A DNA stretch of 64,000 nt from Podarcis pityusensis (Eukaryota), in assembly GCA_964106645.2 (NCBI GenBank), contig OZ067050.1. The stretch is one strand, 5' to 3'. Below the pieces are notes generated by a model. It worked only from the letters and a program-made list of their open reading frames with translations. It was not told where the DNA came from and did no database searches. Each line of letters begins with the position of its first letter. Positions within the stretch are counted from its first letter, which is position 1. The translations under genes and the position numbers were made by a program. This document shows positions 61,781 to 64,000 of this stretch, piece by piece.

Positions 61781-64000
61781 CAGTACTAGAGACCCATGTG
61801 AGAAAGCATCCCCTGTTTTTCAGAAAGGCAACAATCACATTGGCAGTGAGCACATAAGCATAGGTAATAACTTCCACACAACCATTTCTCCAAATAAACA
61901 TACATTCCAAAAGATGTGCACACCATCAGAAAACAAAAGTGGTTTGCATACACATCGTGTCTCACCAAAGCTATCAGCACATAGGGCCCCTCCAGAAATT
62001 CTTTTTATTGCTCATTCATGACAATTTGTGCCCCTGATGCTATTAAGGCAGTCACACGTGATCCCGCTTTCAGTATTGTTTGTCCCGACAAAGATTTTGT
62101 GTGCAGTCACACTGCTTCATTTCAAGCAGTGCATAGCTTGTAACTTCCTCCTGAAATCCCATAGCTTTCTATACCCCAAGCGTTCTGGTTTATTTTTGTC
62201 CCAGCTTTGTTGCATGATTGCCCTTTTGGCCAGCAATAATGTGGTAACATTGGGGAAGCATTGCAGAGCAAACTAAAGCAGAATAAACCTACCACTAATG
62301 CACTATTGTGTCAAGAACATGTTGCAGAACATACCCACAATAAAAACAACCATCTGGAGGGTCCCTATATGTTATATAAAGCAGCCCAAACGAATTTAAC
62401 TGCTATTATAGCTGCTCCCAAGATTCCCGGGTTGATACTTTTTGATGTGTTGAATGTTCACAGTTTGACCTTCTCAATAGGGTTTCCAGCTTTTTCAACT
62501 ATTCTCTCTAGCTGTGCCCTAAACAATAGCTTGATCAGCAACTGGCAGGCAGCAGGGTGGCCACATGTCAGACTTTACAGAAAATATTCCTCTATTTGGA
62601 GGGATGTCTAGTCCTAGTTCAAAGCTTTTTAAAAATCCTAATAAGGAAAGCAGCAAGGGCCTTGAAGTGGCTGGTCAATTTTTAACACCTGGACAGAAAA
62701 CTCAGCAGGCACATGGGTCATGGTCTTCCTAATTTTGGTGAGATATGTTGTATTTAGATTTAAGTTATAGTAATTATTTCTAAATTTGCATCTATATATC
62801 TAAAGTAGCAGTTTTAAATTTAAACAAACCTATACATACCCCTTTTGTCCTCTGTTTTGGACAACATATAAGGGCCCACCCTAGCAAGCAATAACATTTA
62901 TGTCCATAATTACCAGTGCCAACTGAAAATTTGGAAATCCAACTTACTTAGCTGCTGTTAAAAAATCACTTGTTGAAGGAAAGGGGTTTTTTTAAAGAAG
63001 CAACTAATTTGCATTTGCAGTGTAATAAATGTATTGTCTAGATGACCTGCATAAACTGGTTTCTCTGTCATGGCTTCCCACACTGTCAGCTGAGTAGAGT
63101 AAGAAGAGGCCAAAGCTCTCTTAACAGAAATAAAAAATTAGTAGCCTCTTCAAAGTACAGTTCTCTGAGGTCCATGGAAGAAGCCATGGCCATTAAACCT
63201 ATTTATTACTGGTTTAGGTTGTAATACAGATGTGTCCCCTAGGGATATACTTGAAGAAACATTCATGACTGGGTAATCCACACTCAGTATTCACACACTG
63301 GGCAACACACAGAAGTGTGTAGCCCATGCATTTACGCACAAACCAGCACATCTATGCAAAGCATGGGCTGATGGCGCTCACACTTGCCCACATAATTCTG
63401 ACTCACATTCTCAGGGCATATCCACACTATAATTTTTTTAAATCAGTTATAACAAAGATTCAGATGTCATGGCAACCTCCAACGAATTCTGGGAACCGTA
63501 GTTTGGTGAGGGTGCCGAGACTTCTTTGTTAGAGATCCTTAGCCCCCCACATAAAACTCCAGTTCTCGGGGTCCCCTGGGGAGGCAGGTGTTGATAATGC
63601 CCACTCTCAACACAGATATAAAGAAAGCATATATATACCTGTACACCCACAGTCAGAGAGTAGCAGGACCCCACAATATGCAAACCATCTAGCCGGACAT
63701 GTGCACCACATCACCACAACCGCATCAGTCCCACACTTTGCAGCTGTTTCTTGTGGGCCATTGAGTTTTCCCATTGCTGGGCTGGGCTACGGGGACAGAA
63801 AGGCAGCCATTTTGGACTGCAATACAAGGAGGCAACGTTGCTCCTCTTTCAGAGACTTTTATGCTGCTCCCTCCATCGCACACATGCTCTCCCTTGTGGA
63901 AGAGCTACCGCCAGGTCAATCTCATACAGAAAGCAATAAACCAGCCCCCATTGCCAGCCTGTCCCAATAAGGGAGAGGCTCTCTGTACACAGCAATGCAC

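Noticed and set aside
60200-64000. Exons of a neighbouring gene at the window end
   Set aside because: No ORF with recognisable homology or convincing splice structure on either strand.
1-64000. CRISPR arrays, operons or other prokaryotic systems
   Set aside because: The sequence is vertebrate intron/exon DNA; no regularly spaced repeat-spacer array was seen.

Overview
This is eukaryotic (vertebrate) DNA. The SINE/MITE content, especially a full-length Sauria SINE, points to a squamate reptile, most likely a lacertid lizard (inference). The window holds one protein-coding gene on the + strand: the Shaw-family voltage-gated K+ channel KCNC3 (Kv3.3). It has three constitutive coding exons (4687-5286, 19767-20700, 29633-29827; 576 codons + 1 nt). 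These are followed by alternative phase-1 C-terminal exons: 38652-38772 (..NANAAPWKHE*), a candidate 43-nt exon 42318-42360 (GSTLYSRNAPTA*), 43896-43955 (ALITA*) and 47346/47358-47479 (GYEK..PSIL*). A possible distal terminal exon starts at 59689. Almost all other ORFs in the track are spurious. Most notable observations: (1) an array of short cassette exons that each carry a stop codon <50 nt before their donor; (2) a Kv3.4-like N-terminal inactivation peptide on a Kv3.3 that lacks the mammalian proline-rich inserts, with a uORF / weak AUG / strong AUG arrangement; (3) a young Penelope-type insertion with a 12-bp TSD, a 54-bp perfect inverted repeat and an intact minimal hammerhead ribozyme, sense to the gene; (4) a strong RE1/REST site in intron 1; (5) a CpG-rich intronic hairpin upstream of the alternative exons. 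Comparisons with other Kv3 proteins and repeat families are from memory, not database searches. I see no evidence of a wholly new multi-gene system.
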